A stretch of DNA of 36,682 bases from a virus. Lineage: Duplodnaviria; Caudoviricetes. The notes under the pieces are model-generated. The model searched no databases. It saw only the letters and a program-made list of their open reading frames with translations, and was not told where the DNA came from. The stretch is from the IMG/VR virus record IMGVR_UViG_3300044698_000357, positions 1 through 36,682 of that record; one strand, given 5' to 3'. The position numbers were made by a program, and so were the translations under genes. Shown one piece after another: positions 1 to 9,109 of this stretch (its first letter is position 1; each line of letters opens with the position of its first letter).

Positions 1-40
1 GCCTCCGGGGGCGCCGGGGGGCAGGCCCGCCAACACGCGG

Positions 41-325
41 GTGGGGCCGGTGACGGCGGCCTGCGGCCTGCTGCGGATGCTGGCGGGAGAAGGCCGGCCG
101 CTGCCGGCGGGCGAGCTGGCGCAACGCACGGGGATGCCCAAGGGGACGGTGTTGTGCCACCTGGCGACGCTGGCGGACGAGGGGCTGGTCCAGGCGGCGG
201 GGGGGGGATGGCAATTGGGGCTGGGGCTGGCGCTGTACTGGGCCAGCAGCCACAGCCGGTTGACGGCCGAGCGCGAGCGCATCGGCCGGGACCTGGAACG
301 GATCCGGATCAACAACGGGGAATAA
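41..325 (+). CDS. IclR-type winged-HTH DNA-binding protein (may be 5'-partial)
   Basis: LPAGELAQRTGMPKGTVLCHLATLADEGLV..WQLG resembles the IclR N-terminal HTH; frame is open back to the window start. Confidence 0.7.
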   Translation: MGPVTAACGLLRMLAGEGRPLPAGELAQRTGMPKGTVLCHLATLADEGLVQAAGGGWQLGLGLALYWASSHSRLTAERERIGRDLERIRINNGE

Positions 326-336
326 GGAGCGTGAGC

Positions 337-1263
337 ATGGGAAAAGGGCAGAAGACAGGAGACAGGAAACAGGAGACAGAGGCGCGGGGTCCTAACCCGA
401 ACCTTGTGGCGGCGCAGCAGATCTACCAGGTGGCGATGGGGCGGGCGGAGCAGGACGTGGCGCGGATGAAGGAGGAGCTGGAGGGGGTGCGGCTGGAGGC
501 GCAGGCCATGGGGGTGCTCAAGAAAATCGAGTACGACCAGGCGCACAACGAGCTGCTGAAATACGTGGTGCTGTACCGCCTGCGGGAGGGCAAGGAGTAT
601 AAGAAAGGGGGGCTGAACTGGGAACAGTTTTGCGTCGAGATATTGGGGGAGACGAGCCGTTCGGTGAACCTGAAAATTGCCGACATCCGGCCGCTGGCGG
701 AACATTTCGGGAAATTATTTTCCCAACTCGCGGGGATGCCATTCAATAAAATCAGGCTCTTAGGAAATGAGATCGGGAAAAATATTTCCCAAATCGAGGA
801 CGGGGCGCTGGTGATCGACGGGGCGCGGATCGCGCTGACGGCGGAGAATTTGCCCGAGGTCGAGGCGGCGATTGAGGCGATGGTGGAGAACCACCAGGCC
901 GAAAAAAAGGCTCTCAGCAGCGAGCTGGAAAAAACCAAGAAGTGTGTCAACAAGGTGGTGGCGGAGGAAACCAAGGCGCTTTTCGTGGAGCGCGAGGCGC
1001 TGATCAAGGAGAACGTGCGCCTGAAGGCCTTCGACCCGGCGGACCAGGACCGCAGCTGGAGCGTGACGCAGATGGAGGCGGTGATGCAGGCGGCGCTGGG
1101 CTTCACGGGGGCGGTGCGCAAATTTTCGATGGATGAGCGCATCCGGGAGGATCTGCACATCCAGGGGCAGGTGGAGGGGCTGATGGCCGAGGTGGAGAAA
1201 CACTTGCGGGCGCTGCGCCAGGATTGGGACGAAACCTTCAACTGCGAGGACGGCGACATATGA
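337..1263 (+). CDS. Phage early protein upstream of transposase (coiled-coil, DUF3102-like position)
   Basis: AGGAG RBS at 325-329 before ATG 337; stop overlaps transposase start (ATGA); position typical of Mu-like early operons. Confidence 0.6.
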   Translation: MGKGQKTGDRKQETEARGPNPNLVAAQQIYQVAMGRAEQDVARMKEELEGVRLEAQAMGVLKKIEYDQAHNELLKYVVLYRLREGKEYKKGGLNWEQFCVEILGETSRSVNLKIADIRPLAEHFGKLFSQLAGMPFNKIRLLGNEIGKNISQIEDGALVIDGARIALTAENLPEVEAAIEAMVENHQAEKKALSSELEKTKKCVNKVVAEETKALFVEREALIKENVRLKAFDPADQDRSWSVTQMEAVMQAALGFTGAVRKFSMDERIREDLHIQGQVEGLMAEVEKHLRALRQDWDETFNCEDGDI

Positions 1264-2846
1264 GCCTGGACGCGTCAGCTATCGAGCGGGTGCGCTGCGA
1301 CTGGGCGGCGGCGCCGGCGGGGGTCAAGTCGCAGATCGTGTGCCGCTGGGCGGGGGAGCTTTCGTGCGCGCCGGGGACCCTGTACCGCAAACTGAACATC
1401 GGGCGGCCGCGGGCGGGCGGGCGGCTGATCCCCGAGATCGAGGCCTTCGCCCAGGTGGTGGCGCAGGTGAAACGCACGCCGCCGGAGCAGATGGGGGAGC
1501 TGACCACGGAGCAGGCCGTGCGCATCGCGGCGGACAACGGCCTGATCCCGGCCGAGCTGGCCGGCAAGGCCGGCACCTTCGACCGGGTGATGCGCGAGCT
1601 GGGCTACAGCCGCAAGAACAGGCGGGTGGTGCGCTTCCAGGCCGAGTATCCCAACCAGCTGCACCACGTGGATGCCTCGACCTCGAAGTGCTTTTACATC
1701 CAGCGGGCGACCGGGGACGGGGACTACATCCTGCGCCTGCACGCGGGCAGCAAAAACGGCTACAAGAACAAGCCGATCCCGACGGGTCTGCGGCCGTGGG
1801 TCTACGGGCTGGTGGACGATCATTCGGGGGTGGCGGTGGCGCGCTACATCGCGGCTTTCGGCGAAACGGCCCTGGACAACCTGTCCTTTTTACAGTGGGC
1901 CTGGAGCCGCCAGGAGGAGCGGTTTTTTTTCGGGCTGCCGGACCTGATCAAGGGCGACCTGGGGCCGATGATGCGCGGGCCGGCGGGGCAGGATTTCTTC
2001 GCGCGCCTGGGGGTTGCCATCGATCCCTCGACCCCGCTGAACAAGGAGGCCCACGGCAAGATCGAGCGGCCCTGGCGCACGGCCTGGCAGCGCTTCGAGA
2101 AACCGTTTTTCGTGCAGCCGGAGTGGAAGAAATTCGAGATCCGGCTGTCGGAACTCAACCGGCGGTTCCAGTTGTATTTGGAGGAGCTCAACGACCGGCC
2201 GCACCGCTACGAGAAACAGCTCAGCCGGCGCCAGGCCTGGCTGCGGATCAACCAGCGGGGCGGGGCGGTGGCGATTCCGGAAAACGCCCTGGCGACGATC
2301 GCGCGGCGCCATGAACGGCGGGTGGGGGTGGACGGCTGCTTTTCGATCGGCGGGCGGGTGTACGAGGTCAAGGGCCTGCATGACGCCACGGTGCACGTGT
2401 ACGAGGGGGTTTTCGACGGGCGGCTGGTGGTGCAGGACCAGCGCGACGGGGCGCGCTACGAGGTGGAGGACTTCACCCCGCTGGCGGTGGGCGAATTCAA
2501 GGGACAGGCGGCCATGCCGCACCAGGCGGCGCGGCGCGAGGCCACGGCGCTGACGGCGACCAACACGCTGTACCTGGAGAGGGAGACCGGGGCGGCCAAC
2601 GTGACGCGCTTTCCGACGCGGGTGAGGGAGACGCGGACGATCGCCGACCCCATGGCGCTGGACAGCTACGCCAGCGCGACGGCGGCAATGCAGGATTTCG
2701 TGGCCATCTCGGGGGTGGTGCCGGATGCGTCCAATCGGGATGCGATTCGGGATCTGATCAGCGACAACGGGTTGGAGCGGGCCTTCGTGCGCGAGCTGGC
2801 GCTGGAGGTGCGCTCCGAACATGAAAGGAGTGTGATGCATGGCTGA
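1260..2846 (+). CDS. Mu-like DDE transposase (MuA-like)
   Basis: Integrase-core motifs HHVDAS / IKGDLG / GKIERPW (D-D-E), N-terminal HTH-like region, followed by ATPase. Confidence 0.9.
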   Translation: MSLDASAIERVRCDWAAAPAGVKSQIVCRWAGELSCAPGTLYRKLNIGRPRAGGRLIPEIEAFAQVVAQVKRTPPEQMGELTTEQAVRIAADNGLIPAELAGKAGTFDRVMRELGYSRKNRRVVRFQAEYPNQLHHVDASTSKCFYIQRATGDGDYILRLHAGSKNGYKNKPIPTGLRPWVYGLVDDHSGVAVARYIAAFGETALDNLSFLQWAWSRQEERFFFGLPDLIKGDLGPMMRGPAGQDFFARLGVAIDPSTPLNKEAHGKIERPWRTAWQRFEKPFFVQPEWKKFEIRLSELNRRFQLYLEELNDRPHRYEKQLSRRQAWLRINQRGGAVAIPENALATIARRHERRVGVDGCFSIGGRVYEVKGLHDATVHVYEGVFDGRLVVQDQRDGARYEVEDFTPLAVGEFKGQAAMPHQAARREATALTATNTLYLERETGAANVTRFPTRVRETRTIADPMALDSYASATAAMQDFVAISGVVPDASNRDAIRDLISDNGLERAFVRELALEVRSEHERSVMHG

Positions 2847-3990
2847 AATATCAAAGTTGGAGATCCTGGACTATTTCGGTTTTCGGCGCGATCCGTTCCG
2901 GGCGTGCGATTTCGAGACGGCCGACCGGGCGCGCATCCGGCGCATCGTGGCCATGGCGGTGGCCGACAACGCCATGGTGTGCGTGGTGGGGGTGCGGGGC
3001 ATGGGCAAGACGCGGGCGGTGGTGGATGCCTGCCGGCGGCACGGCCTCACCCCGGTGGTGATCGATTTCCCGGACCAGGCGCGGCTTTTGATTGGCGATA
3101 TCGAGCGCACGCTGGTCCGGGAGCTGTCCGACGAAACCCCGCGGCGCTCCAAGGACGCGCGCAAGCCCCAACTGAGGCGCATCCTGGGGGAGGCGGCCCG
3201 GCAGCGCAAGGTGGTGGTGGTGATCGAGGAGGCGCACCGGGTGCACGGGATGACCCTGCGGGCGCTCAAGACCTTGCGCACGCTGGACTGGATGGGCCAG
3301 CAGGAGCTGTTCGCCGCGATCCTGATCGGGCAGAGCGACCCGCTGGCGCGGGCGGGGGTCTCGGAGGTGCGGCTGCGGGCCGACAGCGTGCGCATGCAGG
3401 GCCTGGCCCGGGTCGAGGCGGCGGATTACATCGGCGCGGTGCTGGGGACGGAGATCTGCCCGGCGGAGACGGTGCGGGAGATCACGCGCACGGGGGAGAC
3501 GGGCAACTTCCTGGAGTTGCAGCGGCGCCTGCTGGAGCTGATGGGGCGGGCGATGGCCGAGGGGCGGCGGCAGGTGCTGCCGGAGGACCTTGAGGAGGGG
3601 GTGGCGGAGCTGGCCGGGCCGGCGCGGCGGGGCGGCGGCGGCCAGGGCAACGCGGCCCTGCGGCGGGCGCTGCTCAACCGCCAGGGCGAGGGGCGGCGCG
3701 ACAACCCGCTGCTGCGGGAGGTGATGGCGGCGGCGGGGATCAGCCAGGCCGAGATCGCCGAGGCGGTGGCGGTGCGGCTGGGCTCGCCGGTGAGCCGCTC
3801 GCTGGTCAACCGGGCACTGAACCACAGCTACGATCCGCCGAGCTTCGCCGGCTTCCGCGAGACGGTGGAGGCGATCCTGCAAGAATCGGGAAAATTGAAA
3901 AAATGGCTGGCGGAACACGGGTTGCAGCTGGGTGACATCTGGCAGCCGGCGGCGGGGACGGTCGAGACGCCCCTGGCGGCGGCGGTGTAG
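2839..3990 (+). CDS. MuB/ExeA-like AAA transposition ATPase with C-terminal HTH
   Basis: Walker A GVRGMGKT, Walker B VVVVIEEAH, ILIGQ sensor; C-terminal GISQAEIAEAV..VSRSLVNRALN HTH. Confidence 0.88.
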   Translation: MAEISKLEILDYFGFRRDPFRACDFETADRARIRRIVAMAVADNAMVCVVGVRGMGKTRAVVDACRRHGLTPVVIDFPDQARLLIGDIERTLVRELSDETPRRSKDARKPQLRRILGEAARQRKVVVVIEEAHRVHGMTLRALKTLRTLDWMGQQELFAAILIGQSDPLARAGVSEVRLRADSVRMQGLARVEAADYIGAVLGTEICPAETVREITRTGETGNFLELQRRLLELMGRAMAEGRRQVLPEDLEEGVAELAGPARRGGGGQGNAALRRALLNRQGEGRRDNPLLREVMAAAGISQAEIAEAVAVRLGSPVSRSLVNRALNHSYDPPSFAGFRETVEAILQESGKLKKWLAEHGLQLGDIWQPAAGTVETPLAAAV

Positions 3991-4044
3991 AGGGGAAGGA
4001 GTCAGGAGACAGGAGTCAGGAGTCAGAATACAGGAGGGGAAAAC

Positions 4045-4446
4045 ATGCTCAACATGACCCGACATTTCGAGGAGCGCTGGATGGAACGGGTGGGCAACTG
4101 GCCCACGCTGGAGGCGCTGAACCATTTCGTGGACCACTCCGTGCCGGTGCAGCGCTGCGCGGATTACCTGCTGCCCAACGGGAGGCCCTACCGGGTGCTG
4201 GCGATATACTGGCATCCGGAGCTGGACTTGGTGATCAAGGCGGACACGATCAACAACGTGGCCGTGACGGTGCTGTCGATCGAGAATTGGACGCGGCGGG
4301 GAAATGGCGAAACCCATCCTCCGGCGACGGAAACCGTGTGGGGAGAGATGCCGGAGCGGTGGCTTGCACGAGAGACGATCCTCAACGACGATATCCAGGC
4401 GGCCGGCCAGATTATTGAGAAGTTGGCCGCGGGAGGTGCGGGATGA
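4045..4446 (+). CDS. Hypothetical phage protein
   Basis: Strong RBS (GGAGG), stop overlaps next start. Confidence 0.6.
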   Translation: MLNMTRHFEERWMERVGNWPTLEALNHFVDHSVPVQRCADYLLPNGRPYRVLAIYWHPELDLVIKADTINNVAVTVLSIENWTRRGNGETHPPATETVWGEMPERWLARETILNDDIQAAGQIIEKLAAGGAG

Positions 4447-5087
4447 CGGCTGAGAATAAAGGGACCCGCTTCATTAAAATCACCGATCAGACCCGCTTCC
4501 GGACCGATGCCAAGGGAAGATTGGTGCCGCTGGAGCTGATCGACGAGCTGGACCTGGCGCGGGATGAGATCGTGGTCGAGCTGGCCGAGGCGGCCAAGGT
4601 TTTGCGGGCGGCCATGCTGGAATTCAAAATGCGCGCGGTGGGCGATGTGCAGGCCTTCGTCGAACTTTCCGCCGAGCGTTACGGCGTCAAAATGGGCGGC
4701 CAGAAGGGCAACATCACCCTGACCTCCTACGACGGACGATACAAAATCCAGGTGGCGATCGCCGAGTACATCGTTTTCGACGAGCGATTGCAGGCGGCCA
4801 AAATATTGATCGACGAATGCCTGACGGAGTGGAGCGAGCAGAGCCGGGCCGAGATCCGGACCATCGTCATGGACGCCTTCCAGGTTGACCAGGAAGGCCG
4901 CGTGAGCATCGGGCGCATCCTGCGGTTGCGGCATCTGCAAATCAGCGATCCGCGATGGTTGCGGGCGATGCAGGCCATCGCCGACAGCATGCAGGTGGCC
5001 GGGAGCAAATCGTACATGCGGTTTTATGACCGGGAAACGGCGGACGGCAAATACCTGCCGATCACGCTGGATCTGGCGGCGCTGTAG
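4443..5087 (+). CDS. DUF3164-family Mu-like phage protein
   Basis: DAKGRLVP, KGNITLTSYDG, FDERLQAAK..IDEC, W..AM.AI.DS motifs recognised as typical of this family. Confidence 0.85.
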   Translation: MTAENKGTRFIKITDQTRFRTDAKGRLVPLELIDELDLARDEIVVELAEAAKVLRAAMLEFKMRAVGDVQAFVELSAERYGVKMGGQKGNITLTSYDGRYKIQVAIAEYIVFDERLQAAKILIDECLTEWSEQSRAEIRTIVMDAFQVDQEGRVSIGRILRLRHLQISDPRWLRAMQAIADSMQVAGSKSYMRFYDRETADGKYLPITLDLAAL

Positions 5088-5175
5088 CCTTGCGAAATCC
5101 CGGCCGCGGCCGGGATCGCCGTCCGGTGGCGCGGGCGGCCTGATGAGCAGCCGGGAAACAGAGGACGGAGGGCGG

Positions 5176-5649
5176 ATGGCAGAGGACGGGAATAACAGAG
5201 AGCAGAACCGGCGCCGGCGCGACCTGGCCAAGATCCACATTGCCAAGAAGCAGCTGGGCCTGGACGATGAGACCTACCGCGAGATGCTGCTGCAGGTGGC
5301 CGGGGTTGCGAGTGCGGCCGATCTGAGCGCGGCCATGCGTCTGCGGGTGCTGGCCCACATGCACCGGGCCGGTTTCCGGGACCGTCGCGGCAAGCGGCCG
5401 GCGCGGAAGGCCGGCTATCCGGGGCGTCCGCGCAACATGGACCACGGCAGCCGGGCGGCCCAGCTGCAGAAGATCGAGGCGCTGTTGACCGTGGGCGGCA
5501 AGCCCTGGGCCTACGCCAATGCCATGGCCCAACGGATCTGCAAGGTGGACAGGATCGAGTGGGTGCCCGACGGCCAGCTTTACAAAGTCATCACGGCCCT
5601 GCGGATGCAGGCCAAACGCGAGGATTGGGACCTTTCGGGGGAGAAATGA
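5176..5649 (+). CDS. gemA: GemA/Mu gp16-like protein (DUF1018)
   Basis: LAKIHIAKKQLGLDDETYREML..G..SAADL signature. Confidence 0.85.
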   Translation: MAEDGNNREQNRRRRDLAKIHIAKKQLGLDDETYREMLLQVAGVASAADLSAAMRLRVLAHMHRAGFRDRRGKRPARKAGYPGRPRNMDHGSRAAQLQKIEALLTVGGKPWAYANAMAQRICKVDRIEWVPDGQLYKVITALRMQAKREDWDLSGEK

Positions 5650-5650
5650 C

Positions 5651-5869
5651 ATGACGATCCATTACGCCACGATCGATAAATCGGACCGCTTGCGGCGGGT
5701 GCACCAGCTGCTGGGCGACGGGCGCTGGCACGGCACGAGAGAGATCATGATGGAGACCTACGTGTGCGCGGTGAACACCGTCGTGGCCGAGCTGCGGGCC
5801 AACGGATTCGGCATCTCCACGCGCTGCGTGGGGCGGGGGCGCTACGAATACCGGATGGAGCGGGCATGA
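5651..5869 (+). CDS. Small winged-helix-like hypothetical protein
   Basis: DRLRRVHQLLGDGRWHGTREI...VAELRANG pattern; tight coupling to neighbours. Confidence 0.6.
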   Translation: MTIHYATIDKSDRLRRVHQLLGDGRWHGTREIMMETYVCAVNTVVAELRANGFGISTRCVGRGRYEYRMERA

Positions 5870-6060
5870 GCGAGATCCAGCGGCAACCGGAAAACCGGAC
5901 CTGCGCCTGGTGCGGCGCGTATGTTTTCATGCGGCGGCCGGCCGGGGGATGGGCCTACTGCCGGGAGTCGTGGAAATATTTCGAGGCGGACGGGGAACCG
6001 GCGATCGGCGAACGGACGTGTGAGAAATTCTATTCGAGGGGAGGGGCGGGAAATGAGTGA
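5866..6060 (+). CDS. Small Cys-containing hypothetical protein
   Basis: ATGA overlap; CAWC...C...C. Confidence 0.5.
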   Translation: MSEIQRQPENRTCAWCGAYVFMRRPAGGWAYCRESWKYFEADGEPAIGERTCEKFYSRGGAGNE

Positions 6061-6544
6061 AGGGACCATCTCATATTTTATCGGATGCCATCATTTTTTT
6101 CTGCATCCACTTTTTGTATTGATCGCCTGGGTCAAGGAATACCGGTCATGGCCTGATTTTTATGAGCTGTGCTGCATCTTCTTGCATGACATCGGGCATC
6201 TCGGGAAACAATACCTGTCCGACCCGGCGCAAAAAGCAGAGCATTGGAAGCTTGGGGCATCGATCGCAGGGCAGTTGTTCGGCGCAAAAGGATTCCTGCT
6301 GGTTGCCGGACACTCTAAAAATTCCGGGTACCCGAGATCCAAGTTGTTCATACCCGATAAAAAATCCTGGATCGTAGCGCCGGGGTGGTGGCTGCGATCC
6401 AACTCGTGGTTCGAGAATTTCGGCTCGGCGTTTACGGAGCCGGGAAGATGGAAGGCGCTGTGTATCGAAAATGCCGCGAACGGGTTTCCCAAGGGCTCAC
6501 ACGAGATGTATCTGGAACATAAAGACTGCAGTAGGAGGGGTTGA
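6053..6544 (+). CDS. HD-domain-like hypothetical protein
   Basis: H..H, FLHDIGH, H, GHS and PDK motifs; visibly lower GC than neighbours. Confidence 0.55.
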   Translation: MSEGTISYFIGCHHFFLHPLFVLIAWVKEYRSWPDFYELCCIFLHDIGHLGKQYLSDPAQKAEHWKLGASIAGQLFGAKGFLLVAGHSKNSGYPRSKLFIPDKKSWIVAPGWWLRSNSWFENFGSAFTEPGRWKALCIENAANGFPKGSHEMYLEHKDCSRRG

Positions 6545-6750
6545 TGGACAAATCACGCAAGATTGAGTTGGAGAACCGGCTGATGGGCATCCTGGACAAA
6601 CTGATCGAGGAGGCCAGATTCCACGATCTGTTTGAAGGGATGAACGAGGCGAGTTTTATTCTCGACGAGTTGGACCTGGCCGAGACGGCCGCGCGCGAGA
6701 TCGTGGCGGCGGTGGTGGGGATGGGGATGGAGGCGGTGGATGGCGCCTAA
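6541..6750 (+). CDS. Hypothetical protein
   Basis: RBS GGAGG, overlapping operon structure. Confidence 0.55.
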   Translation: MMDKSRKIELENRLMGILDKLIEEARFHDLFEGMNEASFILDELDLAETAAREIVAAVVGMGMEAVDGA

Positions 6751-6925
6751 AATTCAGCTGGCCTGGGCGATCTGGAACGATCGGTCGGGAATATTTTACG
6801 GCACGGTCACGGACACACGGGTCTGCGCCATCCTGGAGCAGATAGAAACCCAGGAGTTGACCTGGGAGGATTGCAGGCGGCGCGGGGATCGGGCGGTCAA
6901 GATCCGGATCGAGGTGGTGGGATGA
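6740..6925 (+). CDS. Hypothetical protein
   Basis: RBS GGAGG, overlaps both neighbours. Confidence 0.5.
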   Translation: MAPKIQLAWAIWNDRSGIFYGTVTDTRVCAILEQIETQELTWEDCRRRGDRAVKIRIEVVG

Positions 6926-7473
6926 GACTGATCTGTCCGAGTTGCGGGGCGATCCACAGCGCCGAGGCCTGGAGCGGCAACGTGGACGCGCGGCAGTGTA
7001 TTCGCCTGGTGGCCGAACTGCCCTCGTCGGTCGCGCGCAACGTGCTGCCCTACATTGCGCTATTCCGGCCGGTCGTGCCGGAAAACGAACGCGGTTACCG
7101 GGGGTTGATCTGGCAGCGGGCGCTGCGGCTGACGGGGGAGGTGCTGCAACTGACGGGCGCGGGCACGGTGGAATGGAAGGGGCGGCCGGCGCGGCCGATC
7201 GAGCCGGCGGTGTGGGGCCTGGCGATGGAACGCATGCTGGCCAACCCCCCGCGGCGCCTGCCGCTGGAGTCGCATGGCTATTTAATCTCCATTGCCTACG
7301 AGCTGGCCGATGAGGCCGACCGGGCGCGGGAGGTGCGGCATAACGCCGCCGAGCGCGACGGCAGCCTGCGGCGGGAGATCGCGGCGGGGCGGCCCGGGGA
7401 GGATGCGCCGGCGGAGCCGTTGGCGCCGGAGGTTTTGCGGGCGATCAGGAATAAAAATATGGGGAGGAAATAA
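6922..7473 (+). CDS. Conserved Mu-like phage protein with N-terminal zinc ribbon
   Basis: MRLICPSCG; YIALFRP; LPLESHGYL motifs seen in Mu-like semi-essential regions. Confidence 0.65.
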   Translation: MRLICPSCGAIHSAEAWSGNVDARQCIRLVAELPSSVARNVLPYIALFRPVVPENERGYRGLIWQRALRLTGEVLQLTGAGTVEWKGRPARPIEPAVWGLAMERMLANPPRRLPLESHGYLISIAYELADEADRAREVRHNAAERDGSLRREIAAGRPGEDAPAEPLAPEVLRAIRNKNMGRK

Positions 7474-7766
7474 TGCTGACTAAACCGATCCAGACGTTTT
7501 TGGATGCCCACGGCAGCCGAGCGGTGTTGTCGTGGCGCTATATCAGATGTTTCGAGTACCGCTCGATGGGCGCGGGCTACGCGCTGTTTGCCAGGACGGG
7601 AGTGCGGGAGAACGGCAGCGTGATGGAGCGCAGGCTGTGGCATGGGGATCTGTATCGCGCGCGCCAGTTGGCGGACGGGATCGAGCCTGTCGTGGCCGGA
7701 ACGGTAGCGGAGCTGGAGGATCTGCACGACCGGCTGGAGCTGCAATGGGCGGCCGGGAGGCGTTGA
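7473..7766 (+). CDS. Hypothetical protein
   Basis: TAATG coupling, RBS GGAGG. Confidence 0.55.
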   Translation: MLTKPIQTFLDAHGSRAVLSWRYIRCFEYRSMGAGYALFARTGVRENGSVMERRLWHGDLYRARQLADGIEPVVAGTVAELEDLHDRLELQWAAGRR

Positions 7767-7795
7767 TGGGTTGCGCTGCGCTGCACCCATCCTAC
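7765..7795 (-). repeat. GTAG-type REP-like palindrome
   Basis: Minus strand reads GTAGGATGGGTGCAGCGCAGCGCAACCCATC: GTAG foot plus imperfect palindrome, intergenic. Confidence 0.6.
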
Positions 7796-7824
7796 GAACT
7801 ACACAGCGACGAGAGGAGTAAACC

Positions 7825-8046
7825 ATGTATTACAGAGAGATAAAATTTTCCCCGGTGGAGCGGATCTGCTGCACCAGCGTGCAGGATGGCTGCCTGACGA
7901 TCGGCAACACATCCGATATAGGAGTGCTGCGCGAGGCGCTGGACTATGAGCGGCGCGGCATGGGGCGGTCCACCCTCATGAAAAAACTGGTGGCGCGCAT
8001 CAACCAACTGGAACGTCCGCCCCGGATGAGAGAGGTGCCGCGATGA
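7825..8046 (+). CDS. Hypothetical protein
   Basis: RBS GAGGAG; stop overlaps next start. Confidence 0.55.
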   Translation: MYYREIKFSPVERICCTSVQDGCLTIGNTSDIGVLREALDYERRGMGRSTLMKKLVARINQLERPPRMREVPR

Positions 8047-8261
8047 AGAAGGCCGCCTGCAAAATCGAACGCTCGCTGCTGCCGCCCGAGCGGCTGGGCA
8101 TGGTCGCCCTGGAGATCCGCTGCGGCGGGTGCGGGCGGCTGCTGCTGGCGGTGGAGTGCCATCCGGCGGCCGACGCGGTCGGGATCCTGACCTGCCGGCA
8201 GTGCAAGCTGGATCAGGGGTTTGACCTGACCGACCAGATGGCGCTGGAGTGTGGGTTATGA
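8043..8261 (+). CDS. Com-like zinc-finger protein
   Basis: EIRCGGCGRLL...CRQCK resembles the Mu Com CxxC..CxxC finger. Confidence 0.55.
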   Translation: MKKAACKIERSLLPPERLGMVALEIRCGGCGRLLLAVECHPAADAVGILTCRQCKLDQGFDLTDQMALECGL

Positions 8262-9106
8262 GGCATCCCTGCCTGACCTGCCCGCATCACCTGTCCGGCG
8301 GCGAGAAGGGGGCGGGCTGCTGCATCGACTGCCGGGACCGCGTGGCGTATGTGCGGGCGGTGGAGGAGGGTGACGGCCTGCGGCGGGTGCGGGCGGATGC
8401 TCCGGAGCAATCCGTAACAACCCGTATCAGACCGTATCAACCCGACCGATCCGGCGATTTGGTCAAATTGATAAATTGTAAAGGAGAACAACCGATGGCC
8501 ATACCAGTGCCACCGAAAACCAGGATCTGCAACAAGGCCGATTGCGCGCACGGCGGGAAGCCCCAGCCGTGGCACCATTTTTATGACGTTCCCGGCAACC
8601 GTGACGGCAAGGCCAAGGAGTGCAATGACTGCCGGAATCGCCGGCAGAAACTATCCCGGCAGCGCAAAAAAGAGCGCCTGGCTGCAATGAAAACCAACGT
8701 CCGGACCGCATTGGGACGGCCTGAAGGCGCGGGGCAAACCGATCGGACCAATCCGGTGCCCGTGCCGGCCGCCACCGAACTGGACCCAGGCTGTTGCGGT
8801 CCGAGCTCCTCCCCGACCTCCCCGGATACTGCCGGAGCCGGCGGCCCGGCCAACCCCATGCAGCGCCTGGCGGGGCTGCTGGCGGCGGGGTCCTGGAACC
8901 CGGAGCAGCTGGCCGAAATCGGCGATTTGTGCCGCGAGGTGGCGGAGAACATCGAGACCTTCATGCAGCTGCGGGCCATGCTGGCGGGAGGGCGTTTCTT
9001 GCCGGCCGGTTTTACCGATCGAAAGCAGCCTGCCGGCATTCGGAACGGCTCAATCGATACCGGGGTTACACGGCCTGGGTGTTTGATACGAGGACATCAC
9101 GGGTGA
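8258..9106 (+). CDS. Cys-rich hypothetical protein (possible internal start at 8495)
   Basis: ATGA overlap; several CxxC motifs; in-frame AAGGAG RBS before ATG 8495. Confidence 0.5.
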   Translation: MRHPCLTCPHHLSGGEKGAGCCIDCRDRVAYVRAVEEGDGLRRVRADAPEQSVTTRIRPYQPDRSGDLVKLINCKGEQPMAIPVPPKTRICNKADCAHGGKPQPWHHFYDVPGNRDGKAKECNDCRNRRQKLSRQRKKERLAAMKTNVRTALGRPEGAGQTDRTNPVPVPAATELDPGCCGPSSSPTSPDTAGAGGPANPMQRLAGLLAAGSWNPEQLAEIGDLCREVAENIETFMQLRAMLAGGRFLPAGFTDRKQPAGIRNGSIDTGVTRPGCLIRGHHG

Positions 9107-9109
9107 TCG

